A stretch of 35,182 nucleotides of DNA, the filler included, from an uncultured virus (IMG/VR IMGVR_UViG_2049941000_000112) (lineage: Duplodnaviria; Heunggongvirae; Uroviricota; Caudoviricetes). It is 14 parts of one record of this genome, joined end to end, with 100 filler letters (N's around TTAATTAATTAA, not from the genome) between each part and the next. Parts side by side here need not be neighbours in the genome. Positions count along the whole stretch, not along the records: positions 19,749 to 26,238 come from IMGVR_UViG_2049941000_000112; positions 26,339 to 27,616 come from IMGVR_UViG_2049941000_000112; positions 27,717 to 28,886 come from IMGVR_UViG_2049941000_000112; positions 28,987 to 31,327 come from IMGVR_UViG_2049941000_000112; 10 more parts are not named here. One strand, given 5' to 3'. Below the pieces are notes generated by a model. It was given only the letters and a program-made list of their open reading frames with translations, was not told the DNA's origin and ran no database searches. Shown here one piece after another: positions 19,749 through 30,877 of the stretch (its first letter is position 1; each line of letters opens with the position of its first letter). The translations under genes were made by a program, and so were the position numbers.

Positions 19749-19955
19749 GTGGAGTCCTCATTCCAGGTGATGCCATTGCCTAAAAGATACTGATTCTCCT
19801 GCACGATGAAACGTGTAAAGAAATTGGATGCCATCTTGAAGTCCGCACCCCATATATCCGGTATAGCCCGACCGGAAAAATCACGGAGCAACTTCTGAAA
19901 ATTCCTTATCGTCCTGTTCTGATGACGGTCATATTCGTCAGCAAGCAAAGCAGTC
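19749..19955 (-). CDS. portal protein N-terminal fragment
   Basis: ASNFFTRFIVQENQYLLGNGITW (SPP1-type portal). Confidence 0.75.
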
Positions 19956-19965
19956 NNNNNNNNNN

Positions 19966-20206
19966 TGACAAAACCATAAATGCCGTCCGGTTTGCTGATA
20001 TCCATAACAATGGAAACAGGATTGCCTTCACCGGAATAATTATCGACATTCGTGTAGATATTCGCAATATCCTTGGATGTGGCTGTAGCTGTGATTGTGT
20101 CAAACTGATACTCCGAACCAGGGCTGAACATCTGACGTACCTCGTCCTCGTCCATCACCATGCCTCGGTACAAAGTCTTGTACTCGGTCTTTGTTTCCTC
20201 GCCTAT
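19966..20206 (-). CDS. ART-like MuF extension, second allele (fragment)
   Basis: Near-identical protein to 16806-17046 with mostly synonymous changes. Confidence 0.7.
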
Positions 20207-20216
20207 NNNNNNNNNN

Positions 20217-21122
20217 GGAAACATCCCTCTCGAAACCCTTGATGGATGCGATCATAGTGCAACGGCAATTGTAGATGTTCGCAGGATCGGCTTTAGGATC
20301 ACCGGGGTACATGATATCCCCATACTCGGTCTTGAATGGCTGATCATTGTCAACGGTCTCACCATCCAACTCGGCGTGCCAATGTCGGGTACGGTCATCC
20401 AGGGTGGCCAACCATTGCTTGCGTGTCTGTATGCCCATATCATTCGCACGATCATAACTCGCCATTCGTCCGGCATTCTCCACACCTGTGGTCATGGTAC
20501 GAGCATTGCGGATAGCCGCCTTGCGGTCGCTCTCGCCCACCGTCCTTGACAGCCTGTCGGCAATCTTGGAGATGGACTCGCCCTGTACAATGGATTGCAT
20601 CATCGCAGATTGTACAGCCTTTTTGTTCCAGGCCATTGCCTTGCCCTCGTTGATGGCTTTCTTGACCTTGCGACCGGGAGCCGCAATAAAGTCCTCGTCC
20701 TTCATCAACTCCTCTACGGTTTGCCTGTCATAGAGAGTATATGAAGTGTCCATCATGGAACCTTTCTCCACCTGGAACGTGCCGTAATTATGGTTGATGG
20801 CATATACATCGGGCTGATAACCATAAGCTATGGACTTGGCTATCTTGTCAGCATTGGTGAAATCCCGTGCCAACGTGTCCCTCATTTCTTCCCATCGTTT
20901 GCCCATCATGATCTGCCCTATACGCCATTGCTTGTATTCCTGCTCGGTGATAAGACCGTTCTCAAGTGCCTTGCGTTTTAGATCGTCTTTGACAGCAAAG
21001 TCTTTAAGGTACTTGTCTAACTTCGCCGCAATCTCCCTCTCGGCCTGGGCATACTCTTTCGATATTCGCTTTTCCATTTCCTTGAGAACTTTCTCTGTCT
21101 CTTCGTGTCCGATATCTCTCAT
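20217..21122 (-). CDS. MuF / SPP1 gp7-like minor head protein
   Basis: RNARTMTT...KQWLATLDDRTRHWHAELDG...YPGDP...NCRC. Confidence 0.92.
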
Positions 21123-21139
21123 AATATGCCCCCGGAGTA

Positions 21140-22118
21140 TTATTCTATGTCACCGCCACGGTCGAGTTCGTCAGCAGACATCTGCTCCAGAACCTCGTCA
21201 GCCTCGTCCTTGTCTCCAAACAGAGTGAGAATCTTCCTGGTGACATATTCACCGGACAGATAGTTCGCTGATTGTACCACAAGCTGAATCTCTTCCTGCG
21301 TGTTGACGATAGCAGAACGTGTAAAAGTAGGAGTATCCTCAACCCCAACGATCTTAAGCAGGTTCCCAAGGAAATCCAATACGCAATACTCAAATTCGTC
21401 CGTTTTTGAGTTTAACGGTTCATAGGCCGCCTTGATCTGTGTAGCCGTCACCGCACCGTCAGCAATGTTCTTGGTGTCAAGAGCCATGGCACTCTCGTAA
21501 AGGTCAGCCCTCAGCTTCGCTAACAACGCTTCACGGGATTGGTACGGTGCCTCGAGATTGTGACTCTCTGCTGTCACCCCGTCCTCTGTGGTGGCGGCGT
21601 GCATGGTCTTCATCTTGGTGACAAACTTCGTAAGTTCCACATCGTCCATGGCACTCGCATTATTAAGAGTCCAATAGATAAGCGAGCCCTCGTCCACGTT
21701 GTTCGCATAACCGGACTTGATCAGATCGTAACAATCGATCTGTTCCTGCAGGCCGACAATCTCACTCTGCCTCTTCGAATTACCCCATAAAGGTATGATA
21801 GGGAATGACGGATAATTCTCGCCGTTATAAATCTCCCTGCCGTCAGCAACGCTCTCACGGTAGTCAAGTTTATAAGACGTCTTCTCATGCATTACAAGCC
21901 CCTCTGCATGGTCTTTGTCCCACAGGTAGTCCGTATACCCGTCCACCTCATATAACGTGGCTCTTAAGGGCTTATTCGCATCAATCTGCCACCATCTGAC
22001 ACCTGCCATCAAGGCACCGTTCTCCTCGTCATACAACGGAACGAACTCAAGTACAGAGAACACCTCAAGGTGATCCAGATTCCAAAAACCGAATGCCACA
22101 CCACCGGACAGAGCCTTC
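21140..22118 (-). CDS. portal protein (SPP1 gp6-like), main fragment
   Basis: FVPLYDEENGALM...FPIIPL...IDCYDLIKS...ATQIKAAYEPL. Confidence 0.9.
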
Positions 22119-22128
22119 NNNNNNNNNN

Positions 22129-23310
22129 CATCGCATGGTCGGCAACCTTGACAGGTCTCTCCTCGGTGCTCTTCTCGTCCCACACATAACCGCCTGCCTC
22201 GGATACCCAATTGGTGCATGAGCGTAAGATCTTAATCAAGCCTAATTTCATAGCGACAGCTGTTTCACGGATACCATTCAATACATCGTTGTCCGCCTTG
22301 ACAACCCTCGCCCATGGACGTTTCTTGAGCAAAGCGATAAAGGATGCCGCACTCGGGTCAATGATGGTTCTGATCCTGCCACGCTCACCGCCGAAAATGC
22401 TCTCCGCAGGCATCTGTTGGTACTCGTCCCATACAGGCTCAATCCACTCGTCTAAATCACGGGCATACTCCTCGTCCGTTTTCTGAACGCCCTTGTCACG
22501 TCCAGAATAGTAATATTCTTTCTCGCCATACCATATGCCCCCACGCTTCGACCACAGCCTTGCAGAAAATGCATTCATGGTACCGTAATCAATCGATACC
22601 ACATAATCGGTAGCAGGGATAATGTCACCATTGGCCATAGGCAGGTTCTCCGCAATAGCGTCCTGGTACATGGGATAGATCAGTCCCTCTGCCAGAGTCC
22701 ACTTGCCCAGAATATAACGGTCATAATAGATGGTACCGGAGTACTCCTTCTTCAACTCTTCGACCACCCTCGGTGGAAGAACGCCATCGTCAATGACATA
22801 ATTCTGCTCGTAGATGTCAGCATCCGATTCCAAAAAGGCTTTAAACCAATGGTTCGGTGAGTCCGGGTTACAAGTCCCGTCAAAATGGCTGTGCTCGCAC
22901 CTCAAACGGGACTTAAGCATCTGAAACACATCCTGCGACCATGTAGTGACCTCATCACCATAGGCGTACTCGATAGTGGAACCCTGGATACGGGCAACGT
23001 GTTTCTTGTTGTCCGCACCCAGGACATAACACTTCTTACCGAATATCATCATGGTGTTGTCATTACGGATATTCCCCACCAACTGTGGCGTCCATATCTC
23101 CCTCATGGGCTCCAGGATATTCCTCTCAAGGGTACCACGGGTATTTCCAAACAACACGATAAGCCCCTCGCCCCTGCAGGCACTGATCCTCTTCGGGATA
23201 GTGACCATGACATCGAGGTAGGACTTCCCCGATCCTGTTGCTCCGGTCTTGACATTCCATCGGTGATTGCAGTTAAGCAAAAACTCCCTCTGCATATTAG
23301 TCAATGACAC
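22129..23310 (-). CDS. terL: terminase large subunit (PBSX-like), C-terminus truncated
   Basis: Walker A GATGSGKS, Walker B AYGDE, TCNP, IDYG, DPSA, DHAM. Confidence 0.95.
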
Positions 23311-23686
23311 TATCGACTCCCCCTAACAGTTCCTGTGCCTTCCGCAGGCTCTCCGGATTGAACTCGATATCAGCTGTATCTTTCTGACCAAGGTAGTTCT
23401 TGCCCAAAAAGATAGCCATTGTGGCATTGGTCTGTGCCAACTTAAACTGTGATCTGCGGAGCGACATACAGCCCAGGCTCCTTTTTTCTCGGAAAACTTC
23501 CGAAAATGTGCGTCCGTAGGTCTCTTTGCACCATCTGTTCAAGGTATCATCCTGCACGCCAAGAATGGCACATATCTCCTCAAGCGTACATTGGATACTG
23601 CACATGGTCTCAAACTGTTTCTGATCAATCTCCTTTTTCGGTCTCCCCATCTTTGCTTTGGGTTTATCCAGGTTCTTCTTCGCCAT
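23297..23686 (-). CDS. terS: terminase small subunit
   Basis: MGRPKKEID...HTH...SLRRSQF...AIFLGKNYLGQKD; directly upstream of terL. Confidence 0.8.
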   Translation of the reverse strand: MAKKNLDKPKAKMGRPKKEIDQKQFETMCSIQCTLEEICAILGVQDDTLNRWCKETYGRTFSEVFREKRSLGCMSLRRSQFKLAQTNATMAIFLGKNYLGQKDTADIEFNPESLRKAQELLGGVDSVID

Positions 23687-24365
23687 ATAATCACCTCGNN
23701 NNNNNNNNNNNNNNNNNNNNNNNNNNNNNNNNNNNNNNNNNNNNNNNNNNNNNNNNNNNNNNNNNNNNNNNNNNNNNNNNNNNNNNNNNNNNNNNNNNNN
23801 NNNNNNNNNNNNNNNNNNNNNNNNNNNNNNNNNNNNNNNNNNNNNNNNNNNNNNNNNNNNNNNNNNNNNNNNNNNNNNNNNNNNNNNNNNNNNNNNNNNN
23901 NNNNNNNNNNNNNNNNNNNNNNNNNNNNNNNNNNNNNNNNNNNNNNNNNNNNNNNNNNNNNNNNNNNNNNNNNNNNNNNNNNNNNNNNNNNNNNNNNNNN
24001 NNNNNNNNNNNNNNNNNNNNNNNNNNNNNNNNNNNNNNNNNNNNNNNNNNNNNNNNNNNNNNNNNNNNNNNNNNNNNNNNNNNNNNNNNNNNNNNNNNNN
24101 NNNNNNNNNNNNNNNNNNNNNNNNNNNNNNNNNNNNNNNNNNNNNNNNNNNNNNNNNNNNNNNNNNNNNNNNNNNNNNNNNNNNNNNNNNNNNNNNNNNN
24201 NNNNNNNNNNNNNNNNNNNNNNNNNNNNNNNNNNNNNNNNNNNNNNNNNNNNNNNNNNNNNNNNNNNNNNNNNNNNNNNNNNNNNNNNNNNNNNNNNNNN
24301 NNNNNNNNNNNNNNNNNNNNNNNNNNNNNNNNNNNNNNNNNNNNNNNNNNNNNNNNNNNNNNNNN

Positions 24366-25151
24366 GAAACCGCCTAATTTGTTTATATATTCCCTCGCTA
24401 TTTGTACAATCTCGCTATAAGGCCTGCCGTCCACACGGTCATCACCTATAGCACAACACAACTTCACTTCCTCGCCCGTCTCCTGTGCCTTGAGATGAGC
24501 ATATATATTGACAGATACATCTGCCTTGCTCAAGTCCTTGCCATGGAGTCCGCCGCCTGTTACGGCATCACCCATGTCAGAACCCAACTTCCTGTTCGTG
24601 GCACCCGTGTCGACATCGGTACCGCCTGTCCAATACCCCAAAGGATTGATGACAGCATTCGATACCAAGCCCGTATCAAGAATATCGTTTATCTTGGCAT
24701 TGCTCTGACAGATGATCATACGCCCGTTAGACAGGATAAACTTCCCGTCCGTAGGAAAATGCTCATATAAGTGTCTTGCGATGGCCGACAGGGTCTTCTG
24801 TTCCTCTGTAACGGGTACTCCCTTAAAGATACCATTATCACCACAGCTCATAACNNNNNNNNNNTCACCACAGCGTACACCGCCCTCCTGGTTGCCTGCC
24901 AGGTGCACATCCTGCCTGTTCTCGTCATAAATGACTTCCATGCATCCTGCGATCCTGTTCACGATATAGATTACTTTGTCCCTCGGGATAGGAACGGATG
25001 TCTCCGTAATGATATGGCACTTGCCATGGCCGATAAGAACCTCGACAGCTATCTTCGGGTTCTCTTCCTGTGAATAGGCATAATCAACCAACGCCCCTGC
25101 GATCCTGTCAGCCACCTTGTCGGGGTGATCGCGGTTCACCTTTTCGTACAT
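24366..25151 (-). CDS. metK: compact S-adenosylmethionine synthetase
   Basis: HPDKVAD, GDNGI, DGK, DTGATNRK, GGGLHGKDLSKAD motifs. Confidence 0.92.
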
Positions 25152-25152
25152 A

Positions 25153-26069
25153 CTACTCTTCCTCCTTCGTCAAGAGGACTGCCTTGTCTNNNNNNNNNNN
25201 NNNNNNNNNNNNNNNNNNNNNNNNNNNNNNNNNNNNNNNNNNNNNNNNNNNNNNNNNNNNNNNNNNNNNNNNNNNNNNNNNNNNNNNNNNNNNNNNNNTG
25301 CATCCCTCATGGCCTGCATGAATACACCCGAGCCTAACTCCTTATAGAATACATATATGGATGCACCATCCTTCATAGACTCCAGATAGCACTTATAGAC
25401 AGAGAGTAAAAACTTCTGAAACTGTGCTTCGGGCATCTTGTCATTCATGATCTTCTTGGACTCACGGTCTTTGGTATTGCCTGCACCCTCATAACCCATG
25501 TTGTATGGTGGATCGGTAACAACGCAATCGGCTTTCTTCCCGTCCAATAATTTCTTCACATCAGCCATCTTGGTCGAATCACCGCACATAAGACGGTGCC
25601 TGCCAAGCTGATAAATCTGGCCATAATGTGACTTCGGTTCTTCCGGTGGCTTGGGTGTCTCCACCTCGACAACCTCTTTCTCCTCTTCGGGTTCGGAGAG
25701 GTCAAAACCAAAATCGCTCATATCGATATCGGTGATATCATCAAGTTCGGATGACAGCAGGTCGATATCCCACTCGGACATCTCTGCAGTCTTGTTGTGA
25801 GCCAGGGCATACGCACGTCTCTGCTCATCGGTCAGATCATCCAAACGGATGACCGGAACCTTCTTCAAGCCCAATCGCTTGGCGGCTATCAATCGCCCAT
25901 GTCCCTCGACAATGACATTCTTGTCACTCCATATACCGATAGGGTCTTTAAAGCCGAACTCCTGTATCGACTTCATGATCGTGCTGACATCTGCATCAGC
26001 GTGCTTACGAGCGTTCTTCTCATAAGGCTTAAGTTCCTTGATAGGTAAATATTCAATCTTCAAGTCCAT
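25153..26069 (-). CDS. ParB/Srx-domain DNA N6/N4-methyltransferase (gapped)
   Basis: LKPYEKNARKH...GHGRLIAA (ParB-like); HRLMCGDST...VTDPPY. Confidence 0.92.
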
Positions 26070-26110
26070 GCTTACTCCAGTCTGTACCGTAACGGTCAAN
26101 NNNNNNNNNG

Positions 26111-26238
26111 GGATTGTGAAATAACTCTCTGTGCCATCGGAATTGAACGTGATACCTACGTGTAATAATTCATGGAATAATAAAATACGGATTTGCTCGT
26201 CCGTCATGCCCTCGACATTGGGCTCAAACACGGTTATG
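26111..26238 (-). CDS. putative phage metallopeptidase, C-terminal fragment
   Basis: ILLFHELLH (HExxH); continues 28020..28227. Confidence 0.7.
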
Positions 26239-26399
26239 NNNNNNNNNNNNNNNNNNNNNNNNNNNNNNNNNNNNNNNNNNNNTTAATTAATTAANNNNNN
26301 NNNNNNNNNNNNNNNNNNNNNNNNNNNNNNNNNNNNNNATGGAAATAAACCTTGTACTCGGACGGCTCAATGCCTAAAAGCTGTCCCCANNNNNNNNNN

Positions 26400-26588
26400 G
26401 TGGAAATAAACCTTGTACTCGGACGGCTCAATGCCTAAAAGCTGTCCCCAGGCATCCCAATGGTACCAGGCCAGGGTACGCTTGCCGTTGAGCACATTAC
26501 CGACAGCACCCACGGTCAGCCCGACCTTGTCAGCGAACACCTGCACCTTGCCATACTTCTTCAAAACTAATTCCTTTAAAGTATCCAT
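26400..26588 (-). CDS. XRE-like HTH protein
   Basis: KVQVFADKVGLTVGAVGNVLNGKR. Confidence 0.75.
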
Positions 26589-26783
26589 TCATTCCTCCAC
26601 ACGTAGATCGGGTTTACGCTCATGTGCTTTCTGCCATTCCCTCAAACACTTGTAGCCGCAGAACCACTTTAAACTGCCCTCTTTGCCCGTCTTGTAAGCC
26701 CACTCGGGATAATACAAGGTCGAGAACCTCTTACGGCATACAGCACACTTGTGATCCGTCCAGGTAGTATCCAATTTACCCAT
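26589..26783 (-). CDS. small zinc-finger protein
   Basis: CAVC...WAYK...WFCGYKC. Confidence 0.7.
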   Translation of the reverse strand: MGKLDTTWTDHKCAVCRKRFSTLYYPEWAYKTGKEGSLKWFCGYKCLREWQKAHERKPDLRVEE

Positions 26784-27282
26784 AGCAGAACCACTCCCCG
26801 TTTATTTTTTCATATAGCCGTCCCTGCTTAAAGGTCGCTTGGAATATCACCCCTGCAGGGACATCCGGTGTCCCGTTCCTGTAAATGTCCCGAGCCATAT
26901 CGTAACACTCCTGCGGTATCTCCTTGGTAAAGAAATATTTTGTAGTGGAATACTGCCCCGGAGCATATAAAACACTCTCGATCGTCTTGCCATTAGGATG
27001 CATCCACTTCTCGTCACTCGCCAAACGGTTCATGACCACAGCCCCTGTCAGATAGGCCGCACGCTTATCCTTGTCAGTATACCAATTCTCCCAATAGATC
27101 ACCTCTGCAAGCAGATTGATCTCGCTCTGCCGATGCTCCCATGCGGCGATCAATCGGTCTGTCATTATCCTGTGCTCACGGAGCATATCCGATATCTTCT
27201 CCCCAAAAGTGGGTTCCTTTGCCGATGCCGGATAACCCGACATCAGCATCAGAAATAAAAATGTAAATATAAACTTCTTCAC
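26776..27282 (-). CDS. SleB-like (Hydrolase_2) cell-wall hydrolase with signal peptide
   Basis: LLAEVIYWE...GAVVMNR...TIESVLYAPGQYS; hydrophobic N-terminus ending PASA. Confidence 0.85.
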   Translation of the reverse strand: MKKFIFTFLFLMLMSGYPASAKEPTFGEKISDMLREHRIMTDRLIAAWEHRQSEINLLAEVIYWENWYTDKDKRAAYLTGAVVMNRLASDEKWMHPNGKTIESVLYAPGQYSTTKYFFTKEIPQECYDMARDIYRNGTPDVPAGVIFQATFKQGRLYEKINGEWFCYG

Positions 27283-27716
27283 GCCGTCTCCTTCTTCACC
27301 AGACGGTACTCATCGTAGTGAACTNNNNNNNNNNGTGCCTCAATAGCCATGTCTAATGCTGTTAAAAGTGCCTCTTTTCCGAGTGCATTATAAAGGTCTT
27401 TTCTTGCATCTTTTAATATTTTAATTGCCTCTTTTATTGTCATTCGCTCACCTCCCGGTATCGTTTCTCGATAATCTTCTCTATACTGCTGAATATGTTC
27501 TCACAGCACTGCAGGCAGGTCGGATTATCCTCCGCAAGATCGCAGTCCATATGATACATAGAGATGTCCTCGCTGATCGCATCCATGAACCACTTAAGCC
27601 TGCTCTGTTCATTCCCNNNNNNNNNNNNNNNNNNNNNNNNNNNNNNNNNNNNNNNNNNNNTTAATTAATTAANNNNNNNNNNNNNNNNNNNNNNNNNNNN
27701 NNNNNNNNNNNNNNNN

Positions 27717-28009
27717 CTGCTCGTCCACGTTCTTAACAGCTGTATCGATGATGGAAATAATCTCATCCACCTTGCCCTTGAACACATCAAACGGTGCCAT
27801 ATAGACCTTCTGACAGGATAACCGCTTATCGTTTAATGACTTCTTGATCCTGTTCAACTCTGCCCTGTCAGCCTTTGCGGCCTTGATATCATCCTCGCTG
27901 TATACCATATTCTTGAATGCCTGTGTCTTCTCCAGGACACCGGACTTCAATTCTTCGAAATTAAAATCAATCTCCGCAGGGAGCTGAAAATCTAAAACTT
28001 TAATATCCA
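27717..28009 (-). CDS. DUF1351-family protein, N-terminal fragment
   Basis: IDFNFEELK...AKADRAELNRIKKSLNDKR; C-part at 30312..30612. Confidence 0.8.
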
Positions 28010-28019
28010 NNNNNNNNNN

Positions 28020-28227
28020 TAAAATCACACGGTATGCCCCACTTATACTTCTCGGAAACCTTCTCGCATTCAGCGTGAACCACCTTTCCGGAACTGTTCT
28101 TCTTGTGCTCTGATGACAGATAGATGATAGTAGCCTGGCTGTTCGCAATATTAGCCAGAGCATCCTCTGTCTTGATCAAATCCATACCTATCTCGGCATA
28201 CCTCTCGTTAATCGATCTCTTGTCCAT
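28020..28227 (-). CDS. putative phage metallopeptidase, N-terminal fragment
   Basis: GGAGGG RBS; MDKRSINERYAEIG...IIYLSS...AECEKVSEKYKW...DF. Confidence 0.7.
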
Positions 28228-28235
28228 AACCCTCC

Positions 28236-28293
28236 AAAAAGCAAAAAGAGCCACCGAGGATATAACGTGCTATATCCCAGGCGGCTCTTTGAT
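28236..28293 (-). terminator. long hairpin plus U-tract with GCACG loop
   Basis: AUCAAAGAGCCGCCUGGGAUAUA-GCACGU-UAUAUCCUCGGUGGCUCUUUUUGCUUUUU. Confidence 0.8.
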
Positions 28294-28305
28294 GTTAACT
28301 TAAGC

Positions 28306-28464
28306 CTATTTTTTAATATCAAGTTTTACCCATTTCTTGCACTTGCGGCATTGGATGTAGATCATCCCATCCAGGGAAAACGCCATCATCTTACCACAAT
28401 GCTTGATTGGTATACTCCCATTATAGTACACTTTAGGTTCTTTCGTCAATTCTTTTTTTGGCAT
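28306..28464 (-). CDS. Mu Com-like zinc-ribbon regulator
   Basis: HCGKMMA...IYIQCRKCKK; last early gene before the late block. Confidence 0.6.
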   Translation of the reverse strand: MPKKELTKEPKVYYNGSIPIKHCGKMMAFSLDGMIYIQCRKCKKWVKLDIKK

Positions 28465-28474
28465 CCGGTACCTC

Positions 28475-28735
28475 CTAAATGCGGATATACGCCCCACACA
28501 TCTTGCAATACTTTGCATGAATCCCGACAATAGCCTTGCACTTCGGACAGGCATCGTAATCGTAACCCATCACCGTCCCCAGGGGTTCATCGATCGTGAT
28601 GTTCCTTTCAACGATACCATTAACATAATCCGCAATATCAGCATCGGTGCCCTTGCGGATGTTGATAGGCATTCCCTTGTGGCGTATCTCGTCCCGTATG
28701 CTCACAAGTAACTCGTTTGCCTCCTGCCTGTTCAT
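28475..28735 (-). CDS. hypothetical protein with C-terminal Zn ribbon
   Basis: CPKC...KYCKMCG. Confidence 0.7.
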   Translation of the reverse strand: MNRQEANELLVSIRDEIRHKGMPINIRKGTDADIADYVNGIVERNITIDEPLGTVMGYDYDACPKCKAIVGIHAKYCKMCGAYIRI

Positions 28736-28986
28736 ACCCTCACCTCGATTTCTTTATCCCAATACTCTTTGAACTCATTTTCGATCTGTTCCACCCGTGT
28801 CCAACATACGGTCTCTCCCGTCTCCATGACATACGCCAATGGACAGTTATCGCAGGAATGGGTATCGCATATCCATTGCCTCTGATNNNNNNNNNNNNNN
28901 NNNNNNNNNNNNNNNNNNNNNNNNNNNNNNTTAATTAATTAANNNNNNNNNNNNNNNNNNNNNNNNNNNNNNNNNNNNNNNNNNNN

Positions 28987-29146
28987 TGTGTATGTACTCG
29001 TGGCACCTACGGCATACCCAAATTTTAAGCCCGTACTTCTCCGAGTTCTTCCGGTTAGAAGTCCCATGTATTACATGATGGCACTCCAATCCGATTGTGG
29101 TTTCACAGATTGCACATTCTCGTTCTTTTTGTAAGATTGATTCCAT
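28987..29146 (-). CDS. HNH-like (CxxC-HH-CxxCH) recombination-associated nuclease (truncated)
   Basis: ECAIC...ECHHV...NRKNSEKYGLKIWVCRRCH. Confidence 0.7.
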
Positions 29147-29655
29147 GCCTTCATCATCCTTTCTATCGTGGTAGCAGGTAGTGTCTCTATATCCAAATCC
29201 TTTGCTTCCTGCACCGTTCCGTCAATCAAGTGCGACATCTCTACGGTGTTGTACTCATGGCTCCCACGGATGACCGCCCAATGAGTGAAATCCTTGCCCT
29301 GCAGGTTTGCGTGTCCGACAGCGATACAATGTATATCTTCAACCTCGAGCATATCTATGTCTGACCGGACAGATATGATCACCGGATGGTCATTCTTAAT
29401 CCACCGCTGTCCATAACGCCCCAACAGGATGTTCTTGCACCTGGGCTTTGATACGCCCAATTTGTCGGCTATCTTACCCACTAACACATGGAAGTAGGCA
29501 TTAGCAGATAAAGACCGCTTTACGCCCGTCCTGGAGATCGTCAGAGCCACTTCCTTGTTCTCCATCCCTCTAATCTCGTCCACGGCATCAACTTCATAAG
29601 TGATCCTGTACTTGCCGCCCATAAGCCTTACTACATCAATAAGTTTTCCAATCAT
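29071..29655 (-). CDS. NinB/Orf-like recombination protein
   Basis: KRSLSANAYFHVL...GSHEYNTVEMSHLIDGTVQEAKDLDIET. Confidence 0.75.
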   Translation of the reverse strand: MIGKLIDVVRLMGGKYRITYEVDAVDEIRGMENKEVALTISRTGVKRSLSANAYFHVLVGKIADKLGVSKPRCKNILLGRYGQRWIKNDHPVIISVRSDIDMLEVEDIHCIAVGHANLQGKDFTHWAVIRGSHEYNTVEMSHLIDGTVQEAKDLDIETLPATTIERMMKAWNQSYKKNENVQSVKPQSDWSAIM

Positions 29656-30278
29656 TTTTTACTCATCCCCACAACCTGTTCCCAATGGTCATTAATGTTC
29701 GCATACATAGCAATGGTCATATCCTTGAAATCCTCAACCTTGGCAAGGTTCTTGATAACAGCCTCGTCAACGCCGTCATTCTTGCAACGGGACACCAACG
29801 CCTTGACCTGCACAGCTGTGATCTTCTGCTTGGCATCAACGATGGGTGCAACCTCGTGACACTCGGCATCGGGGTCTGCCATCTCCTCGGTAGGAATACA
29901 GAATACCTGGAAACAAGCATACTTGAATGCGATTGACATAGCCTTGTTGGTTGCCTTGTCACCGGAATCCATGCCCTCACCGATCACGGTAGCAGATAAT
30001 GAAGAACCATCCTCTGCATAGAACGTATACTTGATTTTGCAGACCGAATAGATCAGATTGCCACCCTTGGAAGTCTGTCTCTCCTCACGGGTCTGCTCCA
30101 GAATCTCCGGTACCACGAACACCTTGTTCTTGATCAATGCAGGTGACAATGCATTCATAACTGCATCAATGCCTCTGAACATGAAACCCTGCTGTGCATT
30201 CTTGCTCGTCTTGCCGACAGCACCTATATCTGTCATAACCGCACATATACTCTCGTAAATATTCTTCTTATCGCTCAT
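29652..30278 (-). CDS. ERF-family single-strand annealing protein
   Basis: GEGMDSGDKATNKAMSIAFKYA...IPTEE..DPD. Confidence 0.9.
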   Translation of the reverse strand: MSDKKNIYESICAVMTDIGAVGKTSKNAQQGFMFRGIDAVMNALSPALIKNKVFVVPEILEQTREERQTSKGGNLIYSVCKIKYTFYAEDGSSLSATVIGEGMDSGDKATNKAMSIAFKYACFQVFCIPTEEMADPDAECHEVAPIVDAKQKITAVQVKALVSRCKNDGVDEAVIKNLAKVEDFKDMTIAMYANINDHWEQVVGMSKK

Positions 30279-30311
30279 ATAATCTCCTTTTCTATACCCT
30301 GNNNNNNNNNN

Positions 30312-30612
30312 TCGGCTCATCACTTACCGGAATCGTCTCAACCTCGGATTTCTTCGTGGCCATCTCGACCAACCTCTTCGATTCCGCCAGAGCATCCGAC
30401 ATGGATAATGTCTCCTTGTACTTCTCGATCGTCTCAAACTCATACGGTAATCCCTTAAGTGCATTAAGGTTCGTCGCAATTGTGCTCAAGATGATATTGA
30501 CCTCGGCCTCGATACTGCTGACCGTTGTGGATGCATTCAGCCACCTGGAATTGAATACCTGGTCGAACTGTAACCAATCATAGGTATTCCACTCTGTAAA
30601 CTTCTGCCGGAG
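30312..30612 (-). CDS. DUF1351-family protein, C-terminal fragment
   Basis: FDQVFNSRWLNAST...YKETLSMSDALAE. Confidence 0.7.
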
Positions 30613-30622
30613 NNNNNNNNNN

Positions 30623-30689
30623 TTAACGGCATATCCAAAAAAGCATCGCTGTCAATTATGGTCTTGGCAAACATCCTACGCTCTGCCAT
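30623..30689 (-). CDS. replication initiator (replisome organizer) N-terminus
   Basis: MAERRMFAKTIIDSDAFLDMPL. Confidence 0.8.
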
Positions 30690-30694
30690 ATTAA

Positions 30695-30877
30695 TCACTT
30701 CCCTCCAAAATAGATCTGCTCCAACAGCCCAACCTTCTCATGCAGATTGGTGCAGGCCTTTAAATCCTCTTTCAACGGATGGTTCATCAACCTCGGTAAC
30801 GTGATCCTGCAGAGCAAAACACGATATTTTTCCAAGTCAGATAATCTCGCCCATTCTTCGGTCATACAATCCATCAC
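30695..30877 (-). CDS. hypothetical protein
   Basis: GGAGGTG RBS; coupled to neighbouring genes. Confidence 0.6.
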   Translation of the reverse strand: MMDCMTEEWARLSDLEKYRVLLCRITLPRLMNHPLKEDLKACTNLHEKVGLLEQIYFGGK

